A DNA stretch of 64,000 nucleotides from positions 3,264,001-3,328,000 of the forward strand of contig OZ254086.1 of NCBI GenBank assembly GCA_965267575.1, read 5' to 3'. The stretch is from Calditrichales bacterium. GTDB lineage: Bacteria; Calditrichota; Calditrichia; Calditrichales; J004. The position numbers were made by a program, and so were the translations under genes. The notes beneath the pieces are model-generated. The model made no database searches. It worked only from the letters and a program-made list of their open reading frames with translations, and was not told the DNA's origin. This document shows, piece by piece, positions 1-10,738 of the stretch. Position 1 is the first letter of the stretch. Each line of letters opens with the position of its first letter.

Positions 1-1
1 C

Positions 2-1615
2 GCCTTTAACAATAACCTTATACTTACCATAGGCAGCGGTCTGAAAATTTATCTCTATGACAACAAATTTGATGATGATCCGCAAAACGGGCTTATTGAC
101 AGCCTGGTTTTTAACCAGCCGATCCCGCCGCAAACAAATGTTATAAGCGATCCCATAAATCTGTCAGGGCGCTTTTTATCCAATGAATTTCGCATTGAAT
201 ACCGTGTGCCTGTCGCCGCCGTGGACACGGCCAATGTGCTGGACCAGTCGGAAATCGAAAGCAGTTACTACAGCGAGGTAAGGCTTTCCAATTTTATTGT
301 TGATGAGGCCGTCGCGAAAATACCCGAGCAGGAAATAATAGAGCAGGATCAAGCTGATATTGACACGGAGGATAAATCCATTCGCAGCGTGCGTATTGAT
401 GAAGGGCGTATTCACCTGACGATTGATAATTTCCTCGAGATAAACGCCAATCTGGAAATAACGCTTCTTAATCTGTTTAATCCGGATGGCATGCCGCGTA
501 AGATCATGATTCCGGCCAACGCCAACGAGCAAACCCAACGCTACATAAACATCGCGGACCATGTTATCCGTGATGAGCAGGCAGGTAATTTTGTGGATGC
601 CCTTTCGTACCACGTGCGTGCACTGACCGAGCCGACAGAAGGCTTTGTCACTGTGAGTTCCAGAGATTCCATTGTTGTCACTTTTTCGATGGACAGTACA
701 TACGCCAGCTTTTTTGAGGGCAGGCTGGAACAAACTGAAATCGATATCGATCCCGTAAAAACGGATGAGCTGCAGGACCTGGAAGAGGTAACGGGGGAGT
801 TAAGATTGCCCAACCTGCAACTGGTGCTGAATATCTACAATCAGATTAATTTTGACGTGACAACACAGCTTACGCTCACCGGTAAACGCGTTGAAAACGG
901 CGTCGTTGTCAATCAGCTTTCAATCCCGGTGGACGCTATTATTGAAGCCGGAAGTAGCGACCGGGCAAAAAGAACGCGTGTTATCCTGGATGGCGAAAGC
1001 AGCAACCCCAGCATCGTGGACCTTATGGCGATTTTGCCGACACAGCTCACCATCGAAGGCGACGGTGTCATTGACGGTGATGGCAGCGTCAGCCTGGAAG
1101 ATGCTATCTGGGTAGAGTATCACCTGGAATCACCCATGACGCTTGACATCGGGCAGGCTTTAAAGGTCGAAAGCGATCCGGACAGCCTTGGAGACGATGA
1201 GCTAAGCGAAGATGTGCGCGAGCAGATTACGGATAACGTGGCGGTGATCAGCCTGGTATTTGAGGGTGACAACAGTCTGGCGCTCGGGCCGCAGTTTATG
1301 TTTTTTCTCACTGCCGATAAGAATGAGCTTTTTGATCCGGCCATTACCGATTCGGCCAGCAAGGTGGTGCTGAGCGCCGGTATTGAGGCCGCGCCCCTGG
1401 GTCCGGATGGCCTTACCGAGGATACTGTACCGTTTACTGTGCGTTTTGAGATGAATGAACAGCAGTTGCAGATCTTCAAAAACGACAAGATTTACTACGG
1501 TGCGCTGATCAATATACCGCCAACGGGCGAAGATGTTACTTTCCGTAAAAGCGACGCCCTGAAGTATAACGGGACAATGGAAATTGAAATGATGGTGAAT
1601 CCCGATGATGAGTAA
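2..1615 (+). CDS. Hypothetical exported, acidic beta-rich protein (5'-partial; frame is open from the window edge)
   Basis: Frame 2 has no stop from position 2 into ORF 206..1615; overlaps the downstream barrel gene. Confidence 0.75.
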   Translation, partial: AFNNNLILTIGSGLKIYLYDNKFDDDPQNGLIDSLVFNQPIPPQTNVISDPINLSGRFLSNEFRIEYRVPVAAVDTANVLDQSEIESSYYSEVRLSNFIVDEAVAKIPEQEIIEQDQADIDTEDKSIRSVRIDEGRIHLTIDNFLEINANLEITLLNLFNPDGMPRKIMIPANANEQTQRYINIADHVIRDEQAGNFVDALSYHVRALTEPTEGFVTVSSRDSIVVTFSMDSTYASFFEGRLEQTEIDIDPVKTDELQDLEEVTGELRLPNLQLVLNIYNQINFDVTTQLTLTGKRVENGVVVNQLSIPVDAIIEAGSSDRAKRTRVILDGESSNPSIVDLMAILPTQLTIEGDGVIDGDGSVSLEDAIWVEYHLESPMTLDIGQALKVESDPDSLGDDELSEDVREQITDNVAVISLVFEGDNSLALGPQFMFFLTADKNELFDPAITDSASKVVLSAGIEAAPLGPDGLTEDTVPFTVRFEMNEQQLQIFKNDKIYYGALINIPPTGEDVTFRKSDALKYNGTMEIEMMVNPDDE

Positions 1616-2924
1616 AAAAATTCTGTTTTTGTGTCTGCTTCTCCCTGTATTACCGCTTTCCGGGCAATCGTTTAATGCTGCTTCGCTGGGGCTGGGCTTT
1701 TCTGATCAGGCCGTTGTGCGGGGCAGCGCCGCGCTTGACCGCAACCCTGCAAACCTGGCTTACGCCCATTATGGCGAATGGGAATTGAATATTTTCTCGT
1801 TTAATCTGGGTTTGTCCAACAGCTCTTTTTCCCTGGCCGATTACAACCGCTACTTCACCGACGAAGGGCATGGCGGTACATGGACAGAAAGCGACAAAAA
1901 AGATATTATTGATCGTTTCCCCGAAGAAGGACTAAATCTGATCTCCCGTGCGGGGATGAATGTATTGGGTGCCACTTACGGCCCCTTTGGCTTTTCCATG
2001 GATTTTGTGGCCGACGCCTCGTTTAATTTTAAATCACGTAAAGCAACCGAGTTGTTGCTGCTGGATACGCGCTACGATCTTGATTTTACATTTTCCGAGA
2101 AGGACTTTTTAAGCGGTGAAGGTTACACGGCAATTCGCTATAATTTTGCTTACGGCCAAAAGATTGATATCGGCCTGCGCCGCTATGATATCGATGATTT
2201 TGCCGTTGGCGGACGTTTACGAATATACCAGGGGCTTGCTGTTTTTGATGTAAAAGAAGCCGCCGTGGAAGTTAAGCGCTTTAACAGCGACGTCACTCCC
2301 AATGGTTCCGAGATACTTTATTACACTATGAACGGAAGAGCCAATCGCGCCTATGTTTCGTCTTCGGCTTCTGCCGGCAGCGGTATTTCTCTGGACCTCG
2401 CGGCATCGGCGGCCTATGATGATGACTGGCGTTTTTCCTTCCTGCTGGAGAATTTTATCGGCTCTATTTCCTGGGACCAAAACGGCGAGGAATACCTTTT
2501 TACCCGCTCGGACTCGGCCTACGTTTTTGAAGATGATGCGCCGGACAGGGTAGTAGAGCAGGATACGGCCATAGCACGATCGGAAATAACAACACCGTTG
2601 CCCGCGGCCATGAGCTTTTCCGCCGCCTATCAGATGGACAACCAATGGCGCTTTATGGCCACCTACCGCCAGGGTCTGAGCAACCGCTTTTCCGAAACAA
2701 CGACACCTTTGCTGGGTGTGGCTGCGCAATACAATCCAATACCTTTACTGCCATTGCGCATGGGTATGATCTTTGGCGGGCTGGATGAATTTATTCTGAC
2801 AACCGGCCTGGGCCTGCACGGCGAAAATATTCTGTTTGATATCTCCTATGCCATGCGCGAATCCGTTTGGCCTACTGCATCCAACGGGATTTACTGGGGC
2901 ATGGGCCTGCGCATAAGGATTTAA
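1605..2924 (+). CDS. Outer-membrane beta-barrel protein, DUF5723-like
   Basis: Signal peptide, N-terminal NPANLA motif, alternating beta-strand pattern, C-terminal WGMGLRIRI strand. Confidence 0.65.
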   Translation: MMSKKILFLCLLLPVLPLSGQSFNAASLGLGFSDQAVVRGSAALDRNPANLAYAHYGEWELNIFSFNLGLSNSSFSLADYNRYFTDEGHGGTWTESDKKDIIDRFPEEGLNLISRAGMNVLGATYGPFGFSMDFVADASFNFKSRKATELLLLDTRYDLDFTFSEKDFLSGEGYTAIRYNFAYGQKIDIGLRRYDIDDFAVGGRLRIYQGLAVFDVKEAAVEVKRFNSDVTPNGSEILYYTMNGRANRAYVSSSASAGSGISLDLAASAAYDDDWRFSFLLENFIGSISWDQNGEEYLFTRSDSAYVFEDDAPDRVVEQDTAIARSEITTPLPAAMSFSAAYQMDNQWRFMATYRQGLSNRFSETTTPLLGVAAQYNPIPLLPLRMGMIFGGLDEFILTTGLGLHGENILFDISYAMRESVWPTASNGIYWGMGLRIRI

Positions 2925-2925
2925 A

Positions 2926-3597
2926 ATGTCGGTTATTAAAGAAGGCACATTCAACGCAAAAGGCAGTGAGATTGTATCCTATATTCTGGAAGAACCGCAG
3001 ACTCCGCGTGCTGTTTATGTGCTGGCCCATGGCGCCGGCGCCGGTATGACTCATCCGCATTTGAAAAAGATTTCTGAAACGCTTACGGGACTGGATGTTG
3101 CCGTTTTACGCTTCAATTTTATTTACATGGAAAAAGGTAAGAAGAGCGTTGGCAGTAAAACCGATGCGATTTCGGCGATCATTGAAGCGCTCACGCTGGC
3201 CGGGACACAGTTTCCCGATTTGCCGTTGCTGGCCGGCGGCCACTCGTATGGCGGACGCATGACAACCCATGCCGTTCTTGATGAAGAATGCCCGCAACCT
3301 GCGGGATTGATCTTCTTTTCATTTCCCTTGCACGTGCCCGGAAAGCCAGGAACGGAGCGGGCCGTCCATCTCAAAGAGATTGATATTCCGATGCTTTTTC
3401 TCTCCGGAACGCGCGACACATTTGCGCGTAGTGATCTGCTTGACGAGGTTTGTTCCGCGCAGCAAAAATCCACGTTGGCCTGGATTGACCAGGCTGACCA
3501 CAGCTTTAAGATTCCCAAAAAGGCCGGTAAGCAACCCGGCTTTGCTTACGATGAAGCTGCGGATGCCGTTGGCGATTGGCTAAAAGCTGTTCTTTAA
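2926..3597 (+). CDS. Alpha/beta hydrolase (KANSL3/dienelactone hydrolase-like)
   Basis: HGAG oxyanion motif, GHSYGG nucleophile elbow, GTRD and DHSF catalytic Asp/His. Confidence 0.85.
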   Translation: MSVIKEGTFNAKGSEIVSYILEEPQTPRAVYVLAHGAGAGMTHPHLKKISETLTGLDVAVLRFNFIYMEKGKKSVGSKTDAISAIIEALTLAGTQFPDLPLLAGGHSYGGRMTTHAVLDEECPQPAGLIFFSFPLHVPGKPGTERAVHLKEIDIPMLFLSGTRDTFARSDLLDEVCSAQQKSTLAWIDQADHSFKIPKKAGKQPGFAYDEAADAVGDWLKAVL

Positions 3598-3630
3598 TGT
3601 ATCATAATCGGTCTTCTTTAACCCTAATAC

Positions 3631-4584
3631 TTAACTCCTTCGGCGAAAGCCTTCCCCCAGTACTTCGTGCACCGTGGAGATAATTACAAATGCTTTGGGG
3701 TCAATTTCCTGGATGATCTCTTCCAGGATGCTCAACTCGTTGCGCGTAATGACGGTCATCAAAATATCGCGGTCGATATTGCGGTACAGACCGCGGCCTT
3801 TCAGCGCTGTGGCACCACGGCTCATCCTCTGAATGATCGCTTCGGAGATTTCGGCGGAACGGTCGGAAATAATCAGGGCCGAACGGGCGTAATCAAATCC
3901 GTCCAGCAAAACATCAATGATGCGAGACGTGATAAAGGTCAGCAGAAGTGCGTAAAGGGCCAGCGAAAGCGCCGGACGGTCCGGCGAAAGGTCACGGATA
4001 TGGATGGCATAGGTGGCAAAGGAAATCACAATAATATTGATATAGATGATGCCGCGGCCCACTTTGATATTGAAGCGCCTGTTTAGAATAGCGGCAACAA
4101 TGTCCGCGCCGCCGGTAGTACCTTTGTACTTAAAGACCAGGCCGGAGCCCACGCCAAGCAACACAGCGCTGATAAATATCAGAAAGAGAAAGTCATTATG
4201 CAGCAGATCGACGATCGCTTCGCTTTTGTTGAGGCCGATAAATCCCAGACCCGGGACAGCGCCGCTGAACAGATCAATCGCAAAAGCGATAAAAGTGAAA
4301 CCGACGACGGTACGTAGGGCAAAGCCCAATCCAAGGCTGCGCACACCCCAGATGAAAAGGGGAATATTCATCATCCAAAGCATTAACCCCACGGGCCAGG
4401 TTTCGCCAGACAGATAATGGATTGCGATGGCAACGCCCGATATGCCGCCCGGCACCACGCGTGAATCGATCAGCATGGCGATGGAGCCGCCCATAATCGT
4501 GGCGCCGACAATAATCATCAGATAATCGCGCAGGGTATGGAATGAAGGCTTTTTTATTTTAAAATTTGAAAACGATTTGTGCAT
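3631..4584 (-). CDS. YitT family membrane protein with C-terminal DUF2179
   Basis: PGGISG, GTTGGAD and C-terminal IDPKAF..HEVLGEGF motifs; GGAGG RBS upstream of ATG 4584. Confidence 0.9.
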   Translation of the reverse strand: MHKSFSNFKIKKPSFHTLRDYLMIIVGATIMGGSIAMLIDSRVVPGGISGVAIAIHYLSGETWPVGLMLWMMNIPLFIWGVRSLGLGFALRTVVGFTFIAFAIDLFSGAVPGLGFIGLNKSEAIVDLLHNDFLFLIFISAVLLGVGSGLVFKYKGTTGGADIVAAILNRRFNIKVGRGIIYINIIVISFATYAIHIRDLSPDRPALSLALYALLLTFITSRIIDVLLDGFDYARSALIISDRSAEISEAIIQRMSRGATALKGRGLYRNIDRDILMTVITRNELSILEEIIQEIDPKAFVIISTVHEVLGEGFRRRS

Positions 4585-4655
4585 TATTCCTCCACAGGCG
4601 TGAAACGAGCCCGTCTTGTCCGATAAAAAAAGAGGCTGATACGCCCGGTTCAAAG

Positions 4656-5909
4656 ATGACAAAAATAACGAATTTGAAAAATCAACAGCAACAGAATGAA
4701 GCGCCCCGAAATATCAGCGTGGCACTGTTGGTCTATATGTTTTTAATTACGCTGATTGTAACCCTGGCGCCGTTCAAATTTCACATACCCCAGGCCTATC
4801 GCTGGTTCTGGTTTACGGACCCGATGGAGACCTTTCAGAACATGGTCCTGTTTGCGCCGCTGGGCTTTCTGTATATGGCTTCGCTGAGAAATCCGGACAT
4901 ACAAAATGTTATCATCGCCGGCGCCGCAGCATTCGTTTTTAGCCTTAGTATCGAAATCGTGCAGATGTTTGTGCCCGGCCGTTACAGCAGCCTGATCGAT
5001 GTGGCCAATAACACGTTTGGATCAGGCGCCGCCGCCCTGTTTTATCTTTTCAGCACGCGTTTTCTGCGCAAAAAGGCGGCCGGAGTACTGTGGCTGGAAA
5101 TACCGCTGGGCCGATTGCTTATCATGCACATACCGCTGATGTGGCTGTGTGGTATGGCCATGGACAAAGAACTGAACCGCCTTTGGCTGCTGCTTTTACC
5201 GGGCTTCAGTGGCGCCATTATCCTTACCGAAATTTACAAAAACAGGCTTTACGGGCGGACCTTTTTTTCGCGCGGCAATATGGCGCTGGTGTTTAGTGGC
5301 TGGTTTTTTATAGCGACTGTTCCGGCGCTGGCGGTCTTCCCGCTGCGTGTGTTGGTTGTGCTGTATCTCCCGATCATCGTCTTTGTGCTGCTGCGCCTGC
5401 GGTCCATCCGAAATATTCCTCTCGGACGGAGTCGTTTTGAATTGGAGACCCTGGCGAAAGTGTGGCCGCTTATCTTCTTTTACCTGTTCCTGATCGGGCA
5501 GTGGCCGCTTACGCCCCTGCAATGGCCGATGCAGTTTGGCTGGCTGGACCCCGAGCTGTTTAAAAACGACAGGCTGGTGACGATCATGCGCATCATTGAG
5601 TATATCGCCGCTTTTACGCTGGCCGGCTATATGGTGGCAGAGCAAACATCGCGCATTGGCCGGGAAAGGATCATCAACGGTTATACTTTTTGGGTCATAC
5701 TGGCTATGGCTATGGTTTTTGAAACGGCGCGCGGATTGCATCCCGGACACGGCGCCAGTTTGTGGGGATTCGTGATTTCACTGGGCGGCGCGCTTTTCGG
5801 TGCGTTTATCTATGGTGCCGTACTTTTGCACTTCCGTAAACTGAGAGACAGAAAAACACATCCGGACACTTTAGATGTACAAAAGCGGCCACTAAAGCAA
5901 TCGGGCTAA
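4656..5909 (+). CDS. VanZ-domain multi-pass membrane protein
   Basis: N-MVLFAPLG and IEIVQMFVPGR..SLIDVANN VanZ motifs; many TM segments. Confidence 0.75.
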   Translation: MTKITNLKNQQQQNEAPRNISVALLVYMFLITLIVTLAPFKFHIPQAYRWFWFTDPMETFQNMVLFAPLGFLYMASLRNPDIQNVIIAGAAAFVFSLSIEIVQMFVPGRYSSLIDVANNTFGSGAAALFYLFSTRFLRKKAAGVLWLEIPLGRLLIMHIPLMWLCGMAMDKELNRLWLLLLPGFSGAIILTEIYKNRLYGRTFFSRGNMALVFSGWFFIATVPALAVFPLRVLVVLYLPIIVFVLLRLRSIRNIPLGRSRFELETLAKVWPLIFFYLFLIGQWPLTPLQWPMQFGWLDPELFKNDRLVTIMRIIEYIAAFTLAGYMVAEQTSRIGRERIINGYTFWVILAMAMVFETARGLHPGHGASLWGFVISLGGALFGAFIYGAVLLHFRKLRDRKTHPDTLDVQKRPLKQSG

Positions 5910-6066
5910 GTAGCAATATTTATAAATAGATAAATTTATTGTATATTAGCCAAAATTTATCAAAAATTGCTTCAGAATCTTGATGTAACCGTCAATTCGC
6001 TAAACTACAGTTTCGTAAATCCATCAAAAAAATAACAGCAAACCTTTTAAGGAAACGTTTTTAGTT

Positions 6067-8829
6067 ATGGATAAATATTCCTACGTAAATAATGCTCACC
6101 CCCAATATGTTGATGAGCTTTACAAGCGCTTTAAAGAAGACCCCAATTCCGTGGACGACAGTTGGCGCAGCTTTTTTGAAGGATTTGAATATGCCGGTTT
6201 GAACGGTAACGGCGCCGATTATGCACCTGCTGCCACCGGCGAGGATACGATCAGCACGCGGATGGCGCTAAAAGAGCTTGCCGTAATTAACCTGATTGAT
6301 GGTTACAGAACACGCGGTCACCTGTTTACTAAAACCAATCCCGTACGCGAACGGCGCAAATATATGCCGACCCTCGATCTGGAAAATTTCAACTTATCGG
6401 AAAGTGATCTGGATACGGTTTTCCAGGCCGGAACGACACTGGGATTGGGCCCGTCCTCCCTGCGCGAAATTTTGGATCACCTGAAGGAAACCTACTGTAA
6501 ATCCATCGGGGCGGAATATATGTTTATCCGCCGGGTTGAGCGCCAGATGTGGTTACAGGAGCGTATGGAAAGCACGCGTAATCGTCCCAATTTTGACGGT
6601 GAACAGAAAAAACGCATTCTGCACAAGTTGAATGAGGCTGTTGTTTTTGAAAAATTTCTTCATACCAAATATGTCGGCCAAAAACGTTTTTCCCTGCAGG
6701 GCGGCGAGACGCTGATTCCCGGTTTGGACACCATCGTTGAATACGGTGCCGAGCTGGGCATAGAGGAGCTTGTTATCGCCACCGCTCACCGCGGCCGTTT
6801 AAACATTCTGACAAACATTTTAAACAAACGCTATGAAGACATATTCTCTGTGTTTGAAGGTGAAGAACACGCCGACGCCGTTTTTTCCGGTGATGTAAAA
6901 TACCATTTGGGCTATACCAGCATTGTGGAAACGACGAAAGGTAAAAAGGTAAAGATCGGTATGGCGCCCAATCCCTCTCACCTTGAAGTGGTAAATCCGG
7001 TTGTGGCAGGTATGGTAAAAGCCAAACTGGACCAGTTTTATCACGGCGACGAAAACAAAATCGCCCCGATCATGATCCATGGTGACGCGGCCATCGCTGG
7101 GCAGGGGGTTGTATACGAGCTGATCCAGATGTCGCTGCTCAACGGTTTTCGTACCGGCGGCACGATACACATTGTGGTAAACAACCAGCTTGGTTTTACC
7201 ACCAACTACCTGCAGGGGCGCTCCAGCACCTACTGCACGGACGTAGCCAAAGTAACGCTTTCGCCGGTATTTCATGTAAATGCCGATGATGCGGAGGCGG
7301 TTGTTTACGCAATCCAGATGGCCCTAGAGTACCGCCAGAAATTCCACACCGACGTATTTATCGATCTGCTTGGCTACCGCCGCTATGGTCACAATGAAGG
7401 TGATGAGCCTCGTTTCACGCAGCCCAAACTGTATCATGTTATCGCCAAGCATCCGGACCCGCGCGAGATCTATTATAACCAGCTGCTTAAGGCCGGCAAT
7501 GTTGAAAAAGGCATCGCCAAAGAGATGGAAAAAGAGTTCAAGCAGATGCTTCAGGAGAAATTTGAAACAGTGCGTAAATCCAAAAACGGGCATCGCGAAT
7601 GGGACAAGCCCGATTCCCAGGATCCCTGCGACTGGCGCAAACGGGAAGACGGCCACAAGTTTGATCCATTGCCCGTTACCTCATTCCCCGGGGACCGCCT
7701 GTATGAAATCGGCAAGAAAATTTTTACGTTGCCTGAAGATTTTCATCTGTTCAACAAGGTCCGCAAGATATACAAGGACAGGCTGGACAGGCTGAATGAG
7801 GGCAAAAACCTCGATTGGGGCTTATGCGAATTTTTGGCCTATGCCACAATTCTGGACGAGGGTATACCTGTTCGTCTTAGCGGGCAGGACTCGGAGCGCG
7901 GTACCTTCTCGCATCGTCACGCGACTATCCGCGACGAAAAAACGGAGGAACTTTATCTGCCGCTTAACCATGTCAGTGAAGACCAGGCGCAGTGCAGGAT
8001 GTTTAACAGCCTTCTTTCCGAGTTTGCCGAAATGGGTTTTGAATTTGGTTATTCATGCGCGACGCCTCACGGCCTTACCATCTGGGAAGCACAGTTTGGC
8101 GATTTCTTCAACGGCGGGCAAATCGTGATTGACCAGTTCCTGAGCAGTTCTGAAATTAAATGGAATCGCTCCAACGGGCTCACGTTGCTTCTGCCTCACG
8201 CTTATGAGGGACAGGGGCCGGAACACAGTTGCGCGCGTATAGAACGCTTTCTGCAGCTCTCGGCGCGGGATAACTGGCGCGTGGCGCATCCCTCTACACC
8301 GGCCAATATGTACCATCTGCTTCGGACGCAGGTGAAATATCCGTTCCGGGCGCCACTGGTCGTTTTTACACCCAAAAGTCTGCTGCGTCATTCGCGCTGC
8401 GTCAGCACGATCGAAGAGCTTGCCGACGGTTCCTTTATGCCGCTGATTGATGACAGCGATGCCAAAAAGGACAAGGTTAAGCGTGTGCTATTCTGCAGCG
8501 GCAAAGTCTATTACGAACTGCTGGAGAAAAAAGAGGAAGAAAAGCGCGACGATATCGCTATCGTGCGCATTGAACTGCTTTATCCGTTTCCTACGGAAGC
8601 TGTAAAGGAGATTGTTAAGAAATACAGCAAAGCCAGGGATTTTGTGTGGGTTCAGGAAGATCCGGAGAACTACGGCGCGTGGCCCTATTTTAAAGACTGG
8701 CTGGAAATTAAAGATATCAAATGTGTTGCCCGTAAGGCAAACGCGGCGCCGGCAACAGGCTTTTATAAAGTACATGAGCAGGAACAGCAAAGGCTGCTGG
8801 AGCGAGCCTTTGAATTATCTAAAGCATAA
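6067..8829 (+). CDS. sucA: 2-oxoglutarate dehydrogenase E1
   Basis: KRFSLQGGE, HRGRLN, GDVKYHLG, HGDAAIAGQG, WEAQFGDF, EGQGPEHS. Confidence 0.98.
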   Translation: MDKYSYVNNAHPQYVDELYKRFKEDPNSVDDSWRSFFEGFEYAGLNGNGADYAPAATGEDTISTRMALKELAVINLIDGYRTRGHLFTKTNPVRERRKYMPTLDLENFNLSESDLDTVFQAGTTLGLGPSSLREILDHLKETYCKSIGAEYMFIRRVERQMWLQERMESTRNRPNFDGEQKKRILHKLNEAVVFEKFLHTKYVGQKRFSLQGGETLIPGLDTIVEYGAELGIEELVIATAHRGRLNILTNILNKRYEDIFSVFEGEEHADAVFSGDVKYHLGYTSIVETTKGKKVKIGMAPNPSHLEVVNPVVAGMVKAKLDQFYHGDENKIAPIMIHGDAAIAGQGVVYELIQMSLLNGFRTGGTIHIVVNNQLGFTTNYLQGRSSTYCTDVAKVTLSPVFHVNADDAEAVVYAIQMALEYRQKFHTDVFIDLLGYRRYGHNEGDEPRFTQPKLYHVIAKHPDPREIYYNQLLKAGNVEKGIAKEMEKEFKQMLQEKFETVRKSKNGHREWDKPDSQDPCDWRKREDGHKFDPLPVTSFPGDRLYEIGKKIFTLPEDFHLFNKVRKIYKDRLDRLNEGKNLDWGLCEFLAYATILDEGIPVRLSGQDSERGTFSHRHATIRDEKTEELYLPLNHVSEDQAQCRMFNSLLSEFAEMGFEFGYSCATPHGLTIWEAQFGDFFNGGQIVIDQFLSSSEIKWNRSNGLTLLLPHAYEGQGPEHSCARIERFLQLSARDNWRVAHPSTPANMYHLLRTQVKYPFRAPLVVFTPKSLLRHSRCVSTIEELADGSFMPLIDDSDAKKDKVKRVLFCSGKVYYELLEKKEEEKRDDIAIVRIELLYPFPTEAVKEIVKKYSKARDFVWVQEDPENYGAWPYFKDWLEIKDIKCVARKANAAPATGFYKVHEQEQQRLLERAFELSKA

Positions 8830-8851
8830 AAGAAGGTAAAAGGAAACTGAA

Positions 8852-10153
8852 ATGAAACTCGAGGTCAAGGTACCGTCAGTCGGTGAATCTGTATCGGAAG
8901 CTACCATGGGAAGCTGGCTAAAGGAAGATGGAGAATACGTAGAACAGGATGAAGCGATCTGTGAGATAGAATCCGAAAAAGCGACAATAGAAGTAAATGC
9001 CGAGCAAGCCGGTGTTTTGCACACAAAAGCGCAGGAAGGCGATACCCTGTCCATTGGTGAAGTGATTGCGGAAATAGATACCGACGCCGATGAATCCCAG
9101 GCTACAAAGAAAGAAGAAGACGAGGAAGGGCAGGAAGCGGAAAAACAACAGCAGGAAGAAAAAAGCGCCAAAGAAGAGCAGGAAGAGAAAGAAAAAGAAG
9201 ATGAAAAAGAGGCTGAGGAGGAAAAAGGCGGACGCACCAAGGTTTCGCCTGTAGCCGAGCGTATTCTTCAGGATGCCGGAATTAAGCCCGAAAACGTGCG
9301 TGGCACCGGCGATGGTGGCAAAGTTACAAAATCCGACGCGCTAAAGGCTGTTGATGCTAAAGACAAAGCAGAAAAGGAATCTTCCGAAAAGAAAAAAGAG
9401 ACAAAAGAGAAACCCGAACCAGAGCCTCAAAAACCGGACACGATGTCGGGCAAGCGCCAGGAAGAGCGCGTAAAAATGAGCACGCTGCGTAAAACGATCG
9501 CACGGCGTTTGCTTGAGGCCAAGCACGGTACGGCCATGCTTACAACGTTCAATGAAATTGATATGACCAACGTGGTTGAGGTGCGCCGCCGCTACAAGGA
9601 AATGTTCAAAGAGAAACACGATATCGGTCTGGGCTTTATGTCATTCTTCGCAAAAGCGGCATCTATTGCACTGTTTGAAGAACCGGGTGTCAATGCCATG
9701 ATTGACGGCGAAGAGATGGTTTATCACAAGTACTGCGATATTGGAATTGCCGTTTCCACGGAGAAGGGACTGGTGGTTCCGGTTATCCGCAATGCCGAAT
9801 CATTATCGCTTGCGCAGATCGAAAAGGAAGTAATGCGGCTGGCAACAAAGGCGCGCGACGGTAAACTTACCATCGACGAAATGAGCGGCGGTACATTCAG
9901 TATTACAAACGGCGGCGTTTTTGGATCGCTGATGGCGACACCGATTATCAATGCGCCACAGTCAGCGATTCTGGGCATGCACGCCATCAATGACCGCCCG
10001 GTTGCCATCGACGGCGAGGTCAAAATAAGACCGATGATGTATATAGCGCTTTCATACGATCACCGTGTCATTGACGGTAAAGAGTCTGTAACCTTCCTGA
10101 AGCGTGTTAAAGAGCTTGTACAAGATCCGATGCGCATGTTGCTGGATGTGTAA
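8852..10153 (+). CDS. sucB: Dihydrolipoyllysine succinyltransferase E2
   Basis: Lipoyl domain (ESEKAT), E3-binding domain ([10 protein letters not shown]), catalytic YDHRVIDG. Confidence 0.97.
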   Translation: MKLEVKVPSVGESVSEATMGSWLKEDGEYVEQDEAICEIESEKATIEVNAEQAGVLHTKAQEGDTLSIGEVIAEIDTDADESQATKKEEDEEGQEAEKQQQEEKSAKEEQEEKEKEDEKEAEEEKGGRTKVSPVAERILQDAGIKPENVRGTGDGGKVTKSDALKAVDAKDKAEKESSEKKKETKEKPEPEPQKPDTMSGKRQEERVKMSTLRKTIARRLLEAKHGTAMLTTFNEIDMTNVVEVRRRYKEMFKEKHDIGLGFMSFFAKAASIALFEEPGVNAMIDGEEMVYHKYCDIGIAVSTEKGLVVPVIRNAESLSLAQIEKEVMRLATKARDGKLTIDEMSGGTFSITNGGVFGSLMATPIINAPQSAILGMHAINDRPVAIDGEVKIRPMMYIALSYDHRVIDGKESVTFLKRVKELVQDPMRMLLDV

Positions 10154-10158
10154 AATGT

Positions 10159-10187
10159 AACCCCGGTTTTCACGCCGGGGTTTTTTT
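10159..10187 (+). terminator. Rho-independent terminator after sucB
   Basis: AACCCCGG..CCGGGGTT hairpin followed by a T7 run. Confidence 0.85.
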
Positions 10188-10242
10188 GTACAGATCAGAA
10201 TTGATCCGGAACTATTGCCGGAATTCCGGTAAATATTAGCGT

Positions 10243-10671
10243 ATGAAAAACGAAAGAACGTGGCCGCGTGTCGGTGTGGGCGCTGTAATATTGCGCAATA
10301 AGAAGATTCTGCTTGTCCAGAGGGCGGCTCCGCCTGCGGCAGGTATGTGGGCTGTGCCCGGCGGAAAAGTACATCCGGGTGAAGGGTTGCAGGAGGCACT
10401 GGAGCGCGAAATTCTCGAAGAAACGGGATTTTGTATCCGCGTGGGCGATATAGCGCATGTTTTTGATGTGAGCAGCGGTTCGCACGGTAAGGAGGATTTT
10501 TATCACTACGTGATACTCGATTTTTTTGCTTGGATAGAGAGCGGCGATCTTGTGCCCGGCGATGACGCGCGTGATGCCGGATGGTTCAGCCTGGACGATA
10601 GTGACAATCCCGCCATACATATTGAAACCCGCCGTTTGATGAAAAACCTTGCGGATAAAAATGGGCAATAA
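10243..10671 (+). CDS. NUDIX hydrolase
   Basis: Nudix box GGKVHPGE..EALEREILEETG; GDDA motif. Confidence 0.92.
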   Translation: MKNERTWPRVGVGAVILRNKKILLVQRAAPPAAGMWAVPGGKVHPGEGLQEALEREILEETGFCIRVGDIAHVFDVSSGSHGKEDFYHYVILDFFAWIESGDLVPGDDARDAGWFSLDDSDNPAIHIETRRLMKNLADKNGQ

Positions 10672-10738
10672 AAAAGTTGGCCTCCCAAAAAGCATACAAC
10701 TATATTTATAGCTGCTGATTAATAACCCGGGAAATAAG

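Noticed and set aside
9080..9440. GAA/AAA-rich low-complexity stretch resembling a repeat
   Set aside because: Ordinary charged flexible linkers of SucB
6067..10153. sucAB without an adjacent lpdA
   Set aside because: The shared E3 subunit is commonly encoded elsewhere
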